Assembly: GCF_963921235.1 (NCBI RefSeq)
Contig: NC_086097.1
Span: 75,826,001 to 75,890,000 of the forward strand
Source of the DNA: Mobula hypostoma
Taxonomy: Eukaryota
Direction: 5' to 3'
DNA: 64,000 nt
This document shows, one piece after another, positions 26,352 to 38,074 of the stretch (positions within the stretch are counted from its first letter, which is position 1; each line of letters opens with the position of its first letter). Below the pieces are notes generated by a model. It saw only the letters and a program-made list of their open reading frames with translations, was not told the DNA's origin and made no database searches. A program made the position numbers and the translations under genes.

Positions 26352-26734
26352 GTCTAAAGAAATACAGTATTCCCATAGTCTTCCCATGTCTGTAGCCACA
26401 TAATTTCGGTAAGGATCATGCTAGCATGAGAGAGTCCTGTTTGATGGCAACAGGGTGAGCCAGGAAACAGTACATCATCTACTGGATGAATGGATTTTAG
26501 CTGCTGTGGGATGGTTTGCCATTTGCACTTTGGATTCTGTTCCACATTATTCACAAGCACTACTGACTGAATGACTTTGTCATGTCTCCACTTACCTGCC
26601 CATATGTTGTACAACATTCACCTCTTCGTAACAGTGGGATCATCAAGAAACTCAAAAGTTGAATGAAAAACTTTTTATTGGCTGAGGAATCTAGGAATTA
26701 GGGCCAAGCTGTTTTTGATTGAAGTAAGAAACCA

Positions 26735-26998
26735 TGGTAGTGTAGTGGTTAGAATGACACTTTTACAGCTCGAGCATTCTGGAGTTCGGAGTTCAATTCT
26801 TGTGCTGTTCTCTAAGTCTCTGTACGTTCTCCCTGTGGAATGCATGGGTTTTCTCCAGATTCTCCAATTTTCTCTACAGTCCAAAGACATACCAGGTAGG
26901 TTAATTGATCATTGGGTTAAGGTTAATCGGGTTTGTTGAGTGTTGCTGGGGCGGCGTAGCTGGAAGGGCCTACCCCCATACTGTACCAATAAATAAAT
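26735..26998 (+). mobile_element. tRNA-derived V-SINE
   Basis: A-box-like tggtagtgtagtgg, B-box-like ggagttcaattc, V-domain core, (aata)n tail. Confidence 0.75.
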
Positions 26999-27784
26999 AT
27001 GTGCAGAGGGTGGTAGAAATTTGGATCCCTCTTTCACAGACTCCTACAAGCTTAATTATAAATTTTTAATCTGAGACCAACAAAGATATTTTATCCAAAG
27101 CTGAGAGGGACATAGAGTTGGATCACAAATCAATTATGAAACATAAATGGTGGTTCAGAATTTAGGTGCTAAATAGCTGGCTTGTACTTAACTCTTAAGT
27201 AAATGGTTATGTAGAAGGGAAGGATTAAATTGGTCTTCAAGTTGATTAAAAGGTCAGCACAACATTGTGGGCTGAAGGGCCTGTACCGTTATGTTCCATG
27301 TGTTTTCTGTTTTGGTTAAAACTAGGCTTTCTGTAATTGTCTCATTGTTATCTGGTTGCAAAAGGAGTCTTGTACTTTGGAGGGGGGGAAAATTTAATAT
27401 TGGGTTGAGTTTACAGCACCTTTTCTAATTGCATTGCATGTTTTGTGCCATCAGATTAATACATTGAATGCCAACAATTCCATTAATTATTTTCATATGG
27501 TTATTATGGTCCAATTACTGGAGCTCTCTGTTCTCTCTTTGAATAGAAATTTTACAGCGCAGGCATTCCAAGCACATGTTCCACAATAGCAATCATATTG
27601 CCTTCTATGTTATTGGAATGAATCCAGAAAGAAATAAATCATAATGAAGCCCTAACAAACTGGTAAGATGCTGCCCATTTTGATTGTATGGGGTGAAACT
27701 TTTTGATTGGAGTTGCTGGTGTTCACTGCTTAAACTCCATTAAATCTTACACTGCTACTCCATACAAAAGTCCAAGACCATAAG

Positions 27785-28248
27785 AAGCTGCAGAAGATCG
27801 TGAACACAGCCCAGCCCATCACACAAACCAATCTTCCATCCTTGGACTCACTTTACACCGCACGCTGTCGGATCAATGCTGCCAGGATAATCAAGGACAC
27901 AACCCACCCAGCCAACACACTTTTCGTCCCTCTTCCCTCCGGGAGAAGGCTCAGGCGCTTGAAGACTCGTACGGTCAGATTTGGGAACAAATTCTTTCCA
28001 ACTGTGATAAGACTGCTGAACGGATCCTGACCCGGATCTGGGCCATACCCTCCAAATATCTGGACCTGCCTCTCGGTTTTTATGCACTACCTTACTTTCC
28101 CTTCTCTATTTTCTATTTATGATTTATAATTTAAATTTTTAATATTTACTATTGATTTGTACTCCAGGGAGCACGAAGAGCAGAATCAAATATCGCTGTG
28201 ATGATTGTATGCTCTAGTATCAATTGTTTGGGGACTATAAAGTAAAGT
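27785..28248 (+). mobile_element. young Rex1-like LINE 3' end
   Basis: ORF 27800-28030; (taaag) tail; same family as 17316-17744. Confidence 0.88.
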
Positions 28249-28579
28249 TACATATGGGATTGCTTCTCTCATAAGGCCTCATTGCTGGATTCGTCCTAGT
28301 GCAGGATTTTAAACCCCATTTAAATTCAATAGAGATTCAAGGTCCGTGGATCAGGGAAAACAAGTATTTTTGTAATTAATAATTTTAAGGTTAATAGTTC
28401 TAAAAGCCAGCTTGTCTGAGATTTATAAATTTGTTAAAGATCCATACCAATTTGACTGGAGTCAAAGTTCTGAACCCATGCCAGCCTTAACTTCAATCAA
28501 GATTTGTCAAAAAATTTTTGGGAGAAAAGCCTTTGTCATGATCCTGTCTATGACCTGATTACCCTTTATATTTTAAAAA

Positions 28580-30824
28580 CAAGAGTTTCTGCAGATGCTG
28601 AAAACCTTGAGAAACACAAAATGCTAGAGGAACTCAGCGGATCAGGCAGCATTTATGAAAGTGAATGAACAGTGGACATTCGGGCTGAGACCCTTCAGGA
28701 CTGAAAAGGGACAGAATAAGAAGGTAGGTGGGTGGGGGAGGGGGAGGACAAACCTGACCATCTGGATAGGCCCATTGTTTCTGCCTGCTCCTGTCCAACT
28801 GAAATTGTGTTCGCATACTTCAACTCCATTTTATCCCACTTAGTTCAGTCCTTTTCCACCTACATTTGCAACACTTCACATGCTGTTGATCTCAAGAACT
28901 TCCAGTTCCCTGGCCCTGATTCCCTCATTTTCACCATGAATGTCCAGGTCTTATATACTTCTATCCCCCTTCAAGAAGGCCTTCCACTTCTTTCTTGACA
29001 ACAGACGCAACCAGTTCCTTTCCACCACCACCACCCTACTCTATATGGCTGAACTGATCCTCATTCTCAACAATTTCTCTTGGCTCCTTCCACTTTCTCC
29101 AAACTCAAAAAGTGTAGCCGTGGGCCCCAGGTATGCCTGCCTTTTCGTTGGCTACATGGAATAATCCATGTTCCAAGCCTTCCATGGTAATGCTGACCAA
29201 CTCTTTCTGTGCTACACTGACGACTGCATTGGTGCTGCTTCATGCATCCATGCTGAGATTGTCAACTTCATCAATTTTTTCCTCCAATTTTCACCCTACC
29301 TTTAACGGGTGGCACAGTAGCTTAGTGGGTTCAGTTCTTGCTGGTGGCTGTATGTTCTCCCCATGACTGCACGGGTTTCCTCTAGGTGTTTCTTCCTACA
29401 ATCCAAAGACCTATCAGTTGGTAGGTTAATTGGTCATTGTAAATTGTCCAATTTGTCAGATTAAATTGGGGAATTGCTCTGGCAATGTGGCTCCAAGGGC
29501 TGGAAGGACCTATTCAGTGCTGAATTGCAATAAGTAAATTAACTTGGCTCATTTTTGAAAATCACTTTCTCAATCTATCTGTCTCTATCTCTGGAGATAA
29601 ACTGTCTACAAATATTTTTTTATAAACCTACTGATTCCCACAGCTATCTTGAATATACCTCTTACAACCCTGCCTCATGTAAAAATACTATTCCTTTTTC
29701 TCAGTTCCTTCGTCTCTGCTGTATCTGCTCCAGGATGAGGCTTTCCTATACAGGACATCAGAGATGTTATTCTCCTTCAAAGAACGGGATTTTTCTTTGT
29801 CCACCATTGACCTTTGCCATCACTCACATCTCCATTTCCCAGATATCTGCCCTCACCCCATCTTCCCACTGCTTTATCAAGGATGAGAGTTCCTCTTGTC
29901 CTTACCTAAAACCCCATGAGCCTCTGCACCCAACACATCACTTCCTGCAACTTCAGCTATCTATAATGGGGCCCCACCACCGAAGACATCTTTACCTCCC
30001 CCCACCAACTCTGCTTTTCACAGGGTTAATTTCCTCAGCGATTTCTTTATCCATCTAACCTTCTCCACTAATCTGGCACTTATCTCTGCAGGTGGCATAA
30101 ATGTTACACCTGCCCATTCACCTCTATTCAGGGCCCCAAGCAGTCGTTCCAGGTGAGACAACACCTCACCTGCGAATCTGTTGGGGTCATCTACTGTGTC
30201 CAGTGCTCCTCTAAATTGGTGAGACTTAACATAGATTGGGGCCTCCGCTCCATCCTCAAAAAGCGGAATTTCCCAGTGGCCAACAATTTTAATTCCTATT
30301 CCCACATGTCTATGGCCTCCTTTTTTGCCACGATGAGGCCACTCTCGGGTCGGAGGAGCAACACCTCATATTCTCCAACCTGGTATGAACATCGATTTCT
30401 CCAACATCTGGTAATTTCTCCCCTCCCCTCGTCTTCAATTTCCCACTCTGGCCTCTTAAATCTTCTCCTCACCTGCCTATCCTATCACCTCTCCCTGGTG
30501 CCAATCCTCCTTCCCTTTCTCCCTTGGACCATTCTCCTATCAGATTCCTTCTTCTCCAGTACTGTCTTTTCCACCTACAACCTATCAGCTTCTTACTTCA
30601 TCCCCCCCCCCCACTCCCCTACCCATCTGGCTTCACCTATCACCTTTTAGCTTGTTGTCCTTCCCCTCTCCCCACCTTCATTCTGCCATCTTCCCCCTTC
30701 CTTCTGCCATCTTCCCCCTTCCTTTCCGGTCCTGAAAACCAGTCTCAGCCCTAAATATCGGCTGTTATTCATTTTCATAAATGCTGCCTGACCTACTGAG
30801 CTCCTCCAGCATTTTGTGTGAGTT
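28580..30824 (+). mobile_element. Penelope-like element with an inverted 3' piece at its 5' end, interrupted by a SINE
   Basis: 28580-28750 is the reverse complement of the PLE tail; RPIVSACSCPTE, YACLFVGY, YKPTDSHSYL and VIYCVQCS motifs. Confidence 0.88.
29307..29540 (+). mobile_element. V-SINE nested in the PLE
   Basis: V-domain core; PLE reading interrupted at FHPT and resumed at W.I. Confidence 0.75.
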
Positions 30825-31459
30825 AACCTTCACATCTCCCTGCCTAAACGGAGGGCAAGATAGGGACCATGAGTCAGGATGGTTTGGTTGGGGAGGTGGT
30901 AGGGATTGATCAGGATTTCTCAATTTTCATCTTTTAGTTCAATTTGCTTTCTACTTTCTGCTCTTTCATTTACTCATCCATCATTAATACTGAAGGACAC
31001 AGTCATAAAAAAATACCTGTAGTTCTGTTCAAAGCACTGCCTTCTTGTCAGCACACAATCCATTCCTTTTTATTTTTTATTAGTTTCTAAATAAAGGCAA
31101 GCCTGAGGTCAATGTCTACTGTAACCCAGATCTCAGTACTAACATAAGCAAGCTTTTTACAAGATGTAGTAGGTCAGTTATTAGAGAGAACACTAGATGA
31201 ACCTGAATAAATTTGCTAAATCGTGTCATTAATCATTGACGTAAGTATTAAAATAGTTTTGCATTTGGACCTCACGTCAACTTAAAAACCTATGTTAAAA
31301 ACATAATGATCTCTCAATAAATCCAGTTCTTTCAGTCTCCCTTCTCACTCCCAAGTCTTAGCCTTTTAAGCAAAAGAAACACTTCCAGGCACCAAGTACC
31401 ATATTCTAATCTCTTGGATCCAGAGCAAGTTGTAAGATATTAGACTTTGGCTTTTTAAA

Positions 31460-33658
31460 AACACAATAGACAAAAGGGAATTTTATTTTGAGGCTGTGTT
31501 TAATATTTGTACTTTCAACAAATAAGATCATTTTCATTATTACATCATGCTACAGATCACTTACCCATCACAAACAAGTCAGGTGTACAAAAACATATTT
31601 ATCATACAATTATACATATATACAATCACTAAAAAGTACAATTTGTTGTTTACTTTATAAAGGGAGTTACTTACCTAAGTTTTAAAGCTCATTTTGCTTA
31701 TATGTAAAGATCTAACTGAAATTACGGCTAACATCTTATTTAGTACAGCCTACTAACTTAACAATCTTAATCAAACAGTGTGAGTACCTGACAGCCTTGT
31801 AGTTATCTAATTTTCAGGTACAGAACAAAGCCCGAGTAATATTCACTGTTGGGTTTGCAATGCATATGGAAGAGTGGCGGTTTATTAAACCAATTGAAAT
31901 ATACTTTGTGGATCTTGTGCATTTTATAATCAAATTGAATGATAACTCAGTTATATTCAAATTTTTTGTCATACCCTGTATTCTTACCTGAGTTTATGCA
32001 GGCAGATAAAAAGTTACATTTATTTCATGTCAACTATTTAGACCATGTTTTGATGTTTGCTTCAGTTTTACTACTTCATAAAGAAGCAAGGAATAGTTTT
32101 GACAACGATTCTGGGTTTTGAGTGGATCACAGGCTTTTTAGAATTACATTGATATTTACAATGCAAATATTTGAGTTATTTTACACTAAAGCATCAGCAT
32201 ACTTATTTCAAAAAACTTCCATAGTTCATGTAATCTAGAGAAAAGCTACGGATGGTCCCGAGAGATGTACAAAAATGCAATGGCATTTAGTTAAAGACTC
32301 AAATATTAGCAAACATGCTTTGTGCATTCTGGTTCATACATACATAAAATTGTGAAACATTTTTGCTATTGAAAAAAATCAACATATTTGCAATTGCTGA
32401 ATTTAGCCATTCAACCTTGGTCATCTGTTCAGTTCTGAATATGGCTATTTAATATGTGGTAGCTGAGAAGCCATAAATGCCAATGAGGCAGCAAAAGTGA
32501 TTGCCTATGCTGAACATGCCTTGCAATATCAATGACATTTTTAAATCTAGACCTATGGAGCTTCTGAGTAATCCTAGGTGACTCTTGAGTCACTATGATT
32601 CATTTCTGATGACTTAAGTACTGATTACACAAGTGAGGTTAATCAACTTTCTAAACAGGTTGTCTTGGAGAAATGCAATTTGGAGGCTTTAGAGTGATGA
32701 TTGGCTTTGTCATATATAAACGTTAAATAAATGCTTCATGCTAGTTTGTTGTTTCAGTGGCTCAACATAGTTTAAGATACATATACAGCATATATATATT
32801 TTCTCATTTTTACAAAGCTTTTTAAACAGTAGGGATATACTAAGAGTATCTTTTCATGCCTGATATTGCAAAGTACTTTGAAATACAGTTACTATTGTAA
32901 TGTAAATTGAAAATAGTGGTATAAAAACCTTGTAACCCATCAATATGTGGGTCACCATGGCTATTTGATTGAGGTTGATAGAACTGCTTAGTTTCAGTTT
33001 GTTTATTTAAAACTTACATTAATAAAGATTGTTTTATAATCGGGGAATGTTTTACCTCAATTGTCTCTCTCCAAGAATGACTAAACAGCCTAAGAGTTTA
33101 CTGTATGTATTTTTAAAAAATTGTTTTGATTTTACCTCAAATTTTTTTGCTTTAACTTCAGATTGCATTGTTAAGAAATGAGGTTATGTTTTATTCTGCA
33201 TAATTATACAATCCATATACACATTAAGTATTTTTGGCATATAACTCCTAACAAAAATAGGAGGCAAATACTTTTGGTGATGAGATGCCTATTATCTCTC
33301 GATTGTAACATTTGTGATATTTCTAATTTTATGCTAATGCCAGTTAAAACTACATCTGTGTGATCCTACTAAGTTGTCGTTTTTGGTTTCTGAAACCACC
33401 AAAGACAATTTTTCATCAAATATCCACTCAAATTCAACCTCTTGCTTAGAGGTGCACTTGATTCTTCATAAACTTGTATTTAGTGTTTGTATTAATGCTC
33501 AAGTTTGCAATCTAAAAAGTAATCATTTTTGTCGACCAAGGAAAACAAAGTTAAACAGTGGGAAAATATCCAGTTATTCTTACCAAAAAAATCCTCACTT
33601 CTTTAACGTTCTATATTCACTCTAGTTGGTATGAGTACTAAATGATATTAAATTATGC
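31460..33658 (-). other. RASGRP1: probable RASGRP1 3' UTR
   Basis: About 2.2 kb AT-rich stretch with no transposon I can recognise; minus-strand ATTAAA (31499-31504) and AATAAA (31482-31487) followed by a U/GU-rich tract; other AATAAA at 31881, 33002 and 33190. Confidence 0.55.
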
Positions 33659-33817
33659 TTATGAAGAGCTGCTTGGATCTATGATCATATGTTTACGGAA
33701 TGAATCAAGTTGTTCTGCAAGAGCTTTAATTTCCTGCTGTGCCTCTAATAACCTTGTCTGCAGATTTGTGTTTTCAATGTGCAGCTTTTCCTTCTCTTCT
33801 CGAAGCTGGGTTCTTTC
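33659..33817 (-). CDS. RASGRP1: RASGRP1 last coding exon, coiled coil
   Basis: cctgtttttag|GAA AGA...TCA TAA; ERTQLREEKEKLHIENTNLQTRLLEAQQEIKALAEQLDSFRKHMIIDPSSSS*; phase 0 matches the previous exon; heptad pattern. Confidence 0.88.
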   Translation of the reverse strand, partial: ERTQLREEKEKLHIENTNLQTRLLEAQQEIKALAEQLDSFRKHMIIDPSSSS

Positions 33818-34022
33818 CTAAAAACAGGAAAAAATATAATTACGTACAACTACTCAGATTGTTTTAATCCCCTATTTTCTAAAGCTTCTATTTTACCTTG
33901 CTACTAATTTGACAAATATTGGACAACGCTATTTTTGATGTTCTGATTAAGAAACTGGATGAAACTAGATGTTATGGTTTTGCTTAAATCCCTTTAATAC
34001 TAAACAACAGTACTTTTATTGA

Positions 34023-34642
34023 GCAACATACATCAAAGTTGCTGGTGAACGCAGCAGGCCAGGCAGCATCTCTAGGAAGAGGTACAGTCGACGTTTCAGG
34101 CCGAGACCCTTCGTCAGGACTAACTGAAGGAAGAGTTGGTAAGAAATTTGAAAGTGGGACGGGGAGGGGGAGATCCAAAATGATAGGAGAAGACAGGAGG
34201 GGGAGGATGGAGCCAAGAGCTGTACAGGTGATTGGCAAAGGGGATATGAGAGGATTATGGGACAGGAGGTCCGGGGAGAAAGACTGGGGGGGCAGGGGGA
34301 GGGACCCAGAGGATGGGCAAGGAGTATAGTCAGAGGGACAGAGGGAGAAAAAGGACAGAGAGAGAAAGAATGTGTGTATATAAATAAATAACGGATGGGG
34401 TACGAGGGGGAGGTGGGGCATTAGCGGAAGTTAGAGAAGTCAATGTTCATGCCATCAGGTTGGAGGCTACCCAGACAGAATATAAGGTATTGTTCCTCCA
34501 ACCTGAGTGTGGCTTCATCTTTACAGTAGAGGAGGCCGTGTATAGACATGTCAGAATGGGAATGGGATGTGGAATTAAAATGTGTGGCCACTGGGAGATC
34601 CTGTGCTTTGTCCGCCAGCATCTGCAGAATTCCTGTTGTTTT
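34023..34642 (-). mobile_element. young 5'-truncated PLE with 14-bp TSD
   Basis: agtacttttattga at 34009 and 34643; DLPVATHFNS...QPDGMNIDFSNFR*; inverted tail piece at ~34614-34642. Confidence 0.93.
34086..34121 (-). ncRNA. minimal type-I hammerhead ribozyme motif (intact core)
   Basis: Minus strand AGUC CUGACGA AGGGUCUCGGCCU GAAA CG UC^GACU: stem I AGUC/GACU, CUGANGA and GAAA boxes, UC cleavage site. Confidence 0.75.
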
Positions 34643-34741
34643 AGTACTTTTATTGAATTTGAATTGGCTTATCTGTCTTTGTAAGATCTTCAGTACAGGA
34701 GATGCAGGTATTAAAGTACTTAAATGCAAAACTACCTCTTC

Positions 34742-37129
34742 CAGTGGTCCCCAACCACCGGTATCGGGCCGCAAAGCATGTGCTACCAGGCCGCGAGGAA
34801 ACGATATGATTTGGTGATATGAAACAATATGAGTCAGCTGCACCTTTCCTCATTCCCTGTCACACCCATTGTTGAACTTGAACGCACGCAAGGTCATCAG
34901 TTGGTCATTAACCTACAACTACTCGATGAGTTAAAAACAAACGTCGCTTGAGAGTTTCTTTGGAAGAGGTGGTAGGGGACATAAAAGGCCTAACGATGAT
35001 GATAACGCAGAGACACCTGAGGCCAAGACTGCAAAAAAAAAAGAAAGCTTCCTTCAACAGAAAATAACAAGAGTCGTACATAAAATATGGCTTTATTGCG
35101 ACCAGTAACTCACACGGTCCAAGCCCCCTGTATGTGATATGTGGAGACAAGCTGTCTAATGAGGCAATGAAGCCCTCAAAACTGCTTCGGCACCTTGAGT
35201 CCGAGCGCCCTGCACTTAAAGACAAACTCGTTGAGTTTTTTGAGTGGAAAAAAACATGAGCAAGCCGGACAGAAGCAAGTGCTGAGAGCCACCGCCTCCA
35301 CAAATGCTGCTGCTCTGAGAGCGGTGTACTTAGTGGCTAGCCGTATTGCTAAGGCTAAGAAGCCTTTCACTGTTGGTGGTGAATTGATTCTGCCTGCTGC
35401 CAAGTACATGTGCTGTGAACTGTTGGGAGAAGCTACAGCTAACAAGATGGCGCAGGTTTCTCTTTCAGCTACCACAGTTTCAGGGAGAATCGATGACATA
35501 GCGGAGGACATCGAAGCACAGCTGTTAGAACAGCTGAGCGAGTCACCATGGTATGCTATCCAGGTCGACGAGTCTACCGATGTCAACAACAAGGCAGTAC
35601 TGCAGGTCTATGTGCGATATACATTTCAAGACGATGTGCACGAAGATATGTTGTGTGCACTGCTGCTGCCAACTAACACAACTGGGGCAGAACTATTCAA
35701 GTCTTTGAATGACTACATGTCAGGCAAACTGGGCTGGTCATTCTGTGTTGGAATATGCAGAGACTGGGCTGCAGCTATGACTGGACTGTCTGGTTTCACT
35801 ACCCGAGTCAAAGGGGTTGCTCCTGAATGCCAGTCTACACACTGTGTCACACACAGGGAAATGCTGGCTAGCCGAAAAATGTCACCTGATCTTAACAGCG
35901 TATTGAGTGACATTGAAGCTATCAATCACATCAAAGCAAAAGCCCTTAACTCACGTCTGTTTGAGCAGCTTTGCGAGGAAGTGGATGCAGAGCACAAACG
36001 CCTTCTCTTAAACACTGAAGTCAGGTGGCTATCAAGGGAGAGAGCCCTGGCCGGGGGTTTTGAGTTAAGAGAGCAGCTGCAGAGATTTCTTTCTGGCAGC
36101 ACACTTCAGTGACGAGGAGTGGATAGTAAAACTTGCTTATCTGTGTGACATCTTCAACCTGCTCAATGAACTCAATTTGTCACTTCAGGGGAGAATGACA
36201 ACTGTCTTCAAGTTGGCAGATAAAGTGTCTGCTTTCACAGCCAAACTAGAACTGTGAGGATGGCGAGTGGACAAGGGCATATTTGACATATTCCCAACAT
36301 TAGCTGGGATTTTGGGAGAGACCGAGGCTGCACCGTCCTTCTTACAGCTGGTGCGTGATCACGTATCTTCACTGTCGACAGAATTTGAGCGTTTATTCCC
36401 CACTGCAAATGACCCAAGACGTGCAAAGGAATGGATCCGTGACCCATTTGTGAATGTCCCCTGTAAATCATCCATGTCAGCGCGGGAAGAAGATCAACTT
36501 GAGCTTGCAAATGACGGTGGGCTGAAAAGTATGTTTGACATAACATCTCTGCCGGCATTCTGGATCAAAATCAAAGCTGAATATCCTGAGATAACCACAA
36601 AAGTACTGAAAACGTTGCTTCCATTTCCAACATCATATCTCTGCAAGGCAGGGTTTTCTGCAATGAATGCAACGAAAACTAAATTACAGAATAGACTGGA
36701 CATAAAGAACACCCTTCGAGTATCACTGTCTCCTATCACCCCGTGTTGCAGGGAAACAAGCCAAGGGCTCCCACTGATTCAGCGATATTGGTGTGTTGCA
36801 ATGATTTTATATGTTCATACGAGGAAAATATGCGCTGTGTGTTTAATATCCAAACGTTACTTAAAATATTATGATGCTATTGATTTATAAGTGACATATA
36901 ATTGACTTATAATGATATTCATGTGAGGAAAATATGTGTTGTTTAATATTAAATTCGTTAGATAACCCCTTTTAGAAACGAAATTGAGTGTATTAGCCAC
37001 TTATAAGTGACTTATAGTTGACTTATTACCTATATTCTGGTCGTGATTAACCCCCCCCCCACCCGGTCAGCAAGAATATTGTCAATATCAAACCGGTCCG
37101 CAGTGCAAAAATAGGTCGGGGACCCCTTG
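34742..37129 (+). mobile_element. Buster/Charlie-type hAT transposon, near full length, defective transposase
   Basis: TIRs cagtggtccccaacc / ggtcggggaccccttg; TSD acctcttc / acctattc; BED-finger remnant (MKPSKLLRHL), IQVDESTD, HCVTHRE, EVRWLSR and LLPFPTSYLC.AGFS. Confidence 0.95.
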
Positions 37130-37477
37130 ACCTATTCTACCACAGAGAAAGAAGAATACATGTTTTAAGTTTTCCCTCATTGCCTGCTCCAACCAGGCTG
37201 AATTTGCCACAGTACTGTTGACTAGGACATGTTGTCTTACTTCGGTTCAGTGATATTATTGAAATAGATGAGTGGATGGATATCTACCAAACAAACAACT
37301 ATTTCCTGAGCATTTTTTTTCTAAACAAGTGTATTAGATACAGAAATTGAAGTTTAGTTTTAACATGTATTTTTTTAAAACTATGTGGTGTATTGGTACA
37401 ATGACCAAAGCATATGTATTTTTGCCTCTTAAGTAGTTTAATTATGATTGAGCCAAGGGGAAAAAATCAATTCATAC

Positions 37478-37848
37478 CTTTTCCAGTTGAAATATTCGAT
37501 GGTCCTTCGTAAAATCATCTCCTTTAGGCTTATGAAAGGAAGCCATGTTTTCCCATTTAACACAAGGTCTTCTGCGAGCTGGAATAGGGCTTGGGCATAA
37601 TGGAAGTATATTTGGAGATAGCAGTGAGGTGTCTGTCTTAATTTTTCCCAGAGAAGCAGCTTGATTTCCAGTGGTATCTGTGTCCGAGATAGAAATGTCT
37701 GTTTGCGAAGACTTGTGCATTACAATAGGCTTCAGTCTTACTGAAACTTTCTGTGCTGAACTGCCCATTAGTACGATAGTGCGGTCCTTGCGTTCAGAAT
37801 GGTTATGAGCTTCCTCATTAAAGTACGTAAATGGTCCATCCTCATTTC
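37478..37848 (-). CDS. RASGRP1: RASGRP1 exon (approx. 16), SuPT/PT region, 371 nt
   Basis: ttttgcag|GA AAT GAG...GAA AAG|gtatga; EDGPFTYFN...KDRTIVLMGSSAQKVSVRL...KSSQTD...CPSPIPARRRPCVKWEN. Confidence 0.95.
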
Positions 37849-38074
37849 CTGCAAAATTTGTAATGTGAAAGGTGTCAGCAAATTGTAGAGAATGAGATAA
37901 TATACTCATGAACAACCAATGGCTTTCTATGTGTTGATTTATATATACTCTTCTATTACAGAGTCCTAGAACACAGAAACAGACCTTGGTCCACAGTGAT
38001 CAAGATACCTCATCCAACTAGTCGTATTTGCCAGTGTTTGGCCCATAACCTTCTAAACCTTTTCAATCCATATA

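Noticed and set aside
26735-26810. tRNA gene
   Set aside because: The A/B boxes run into a SINE body and tail; no convincing cloverleaf
33984-34421. Recurrent 'VSPDEGSRPETSTVPLPRDAAWPAAF' ORFs as a protein family
   Set aside because: They are translations of the non-coding PLE tail; PDEG..PET is simply the hammerhead core read as codons
35195-36890. Domesticated ZBED5/FAM200-like gene
   Set aside because: Stops and frameshifts plus retained TIRs and TSD mark it as a decaying hAT copy
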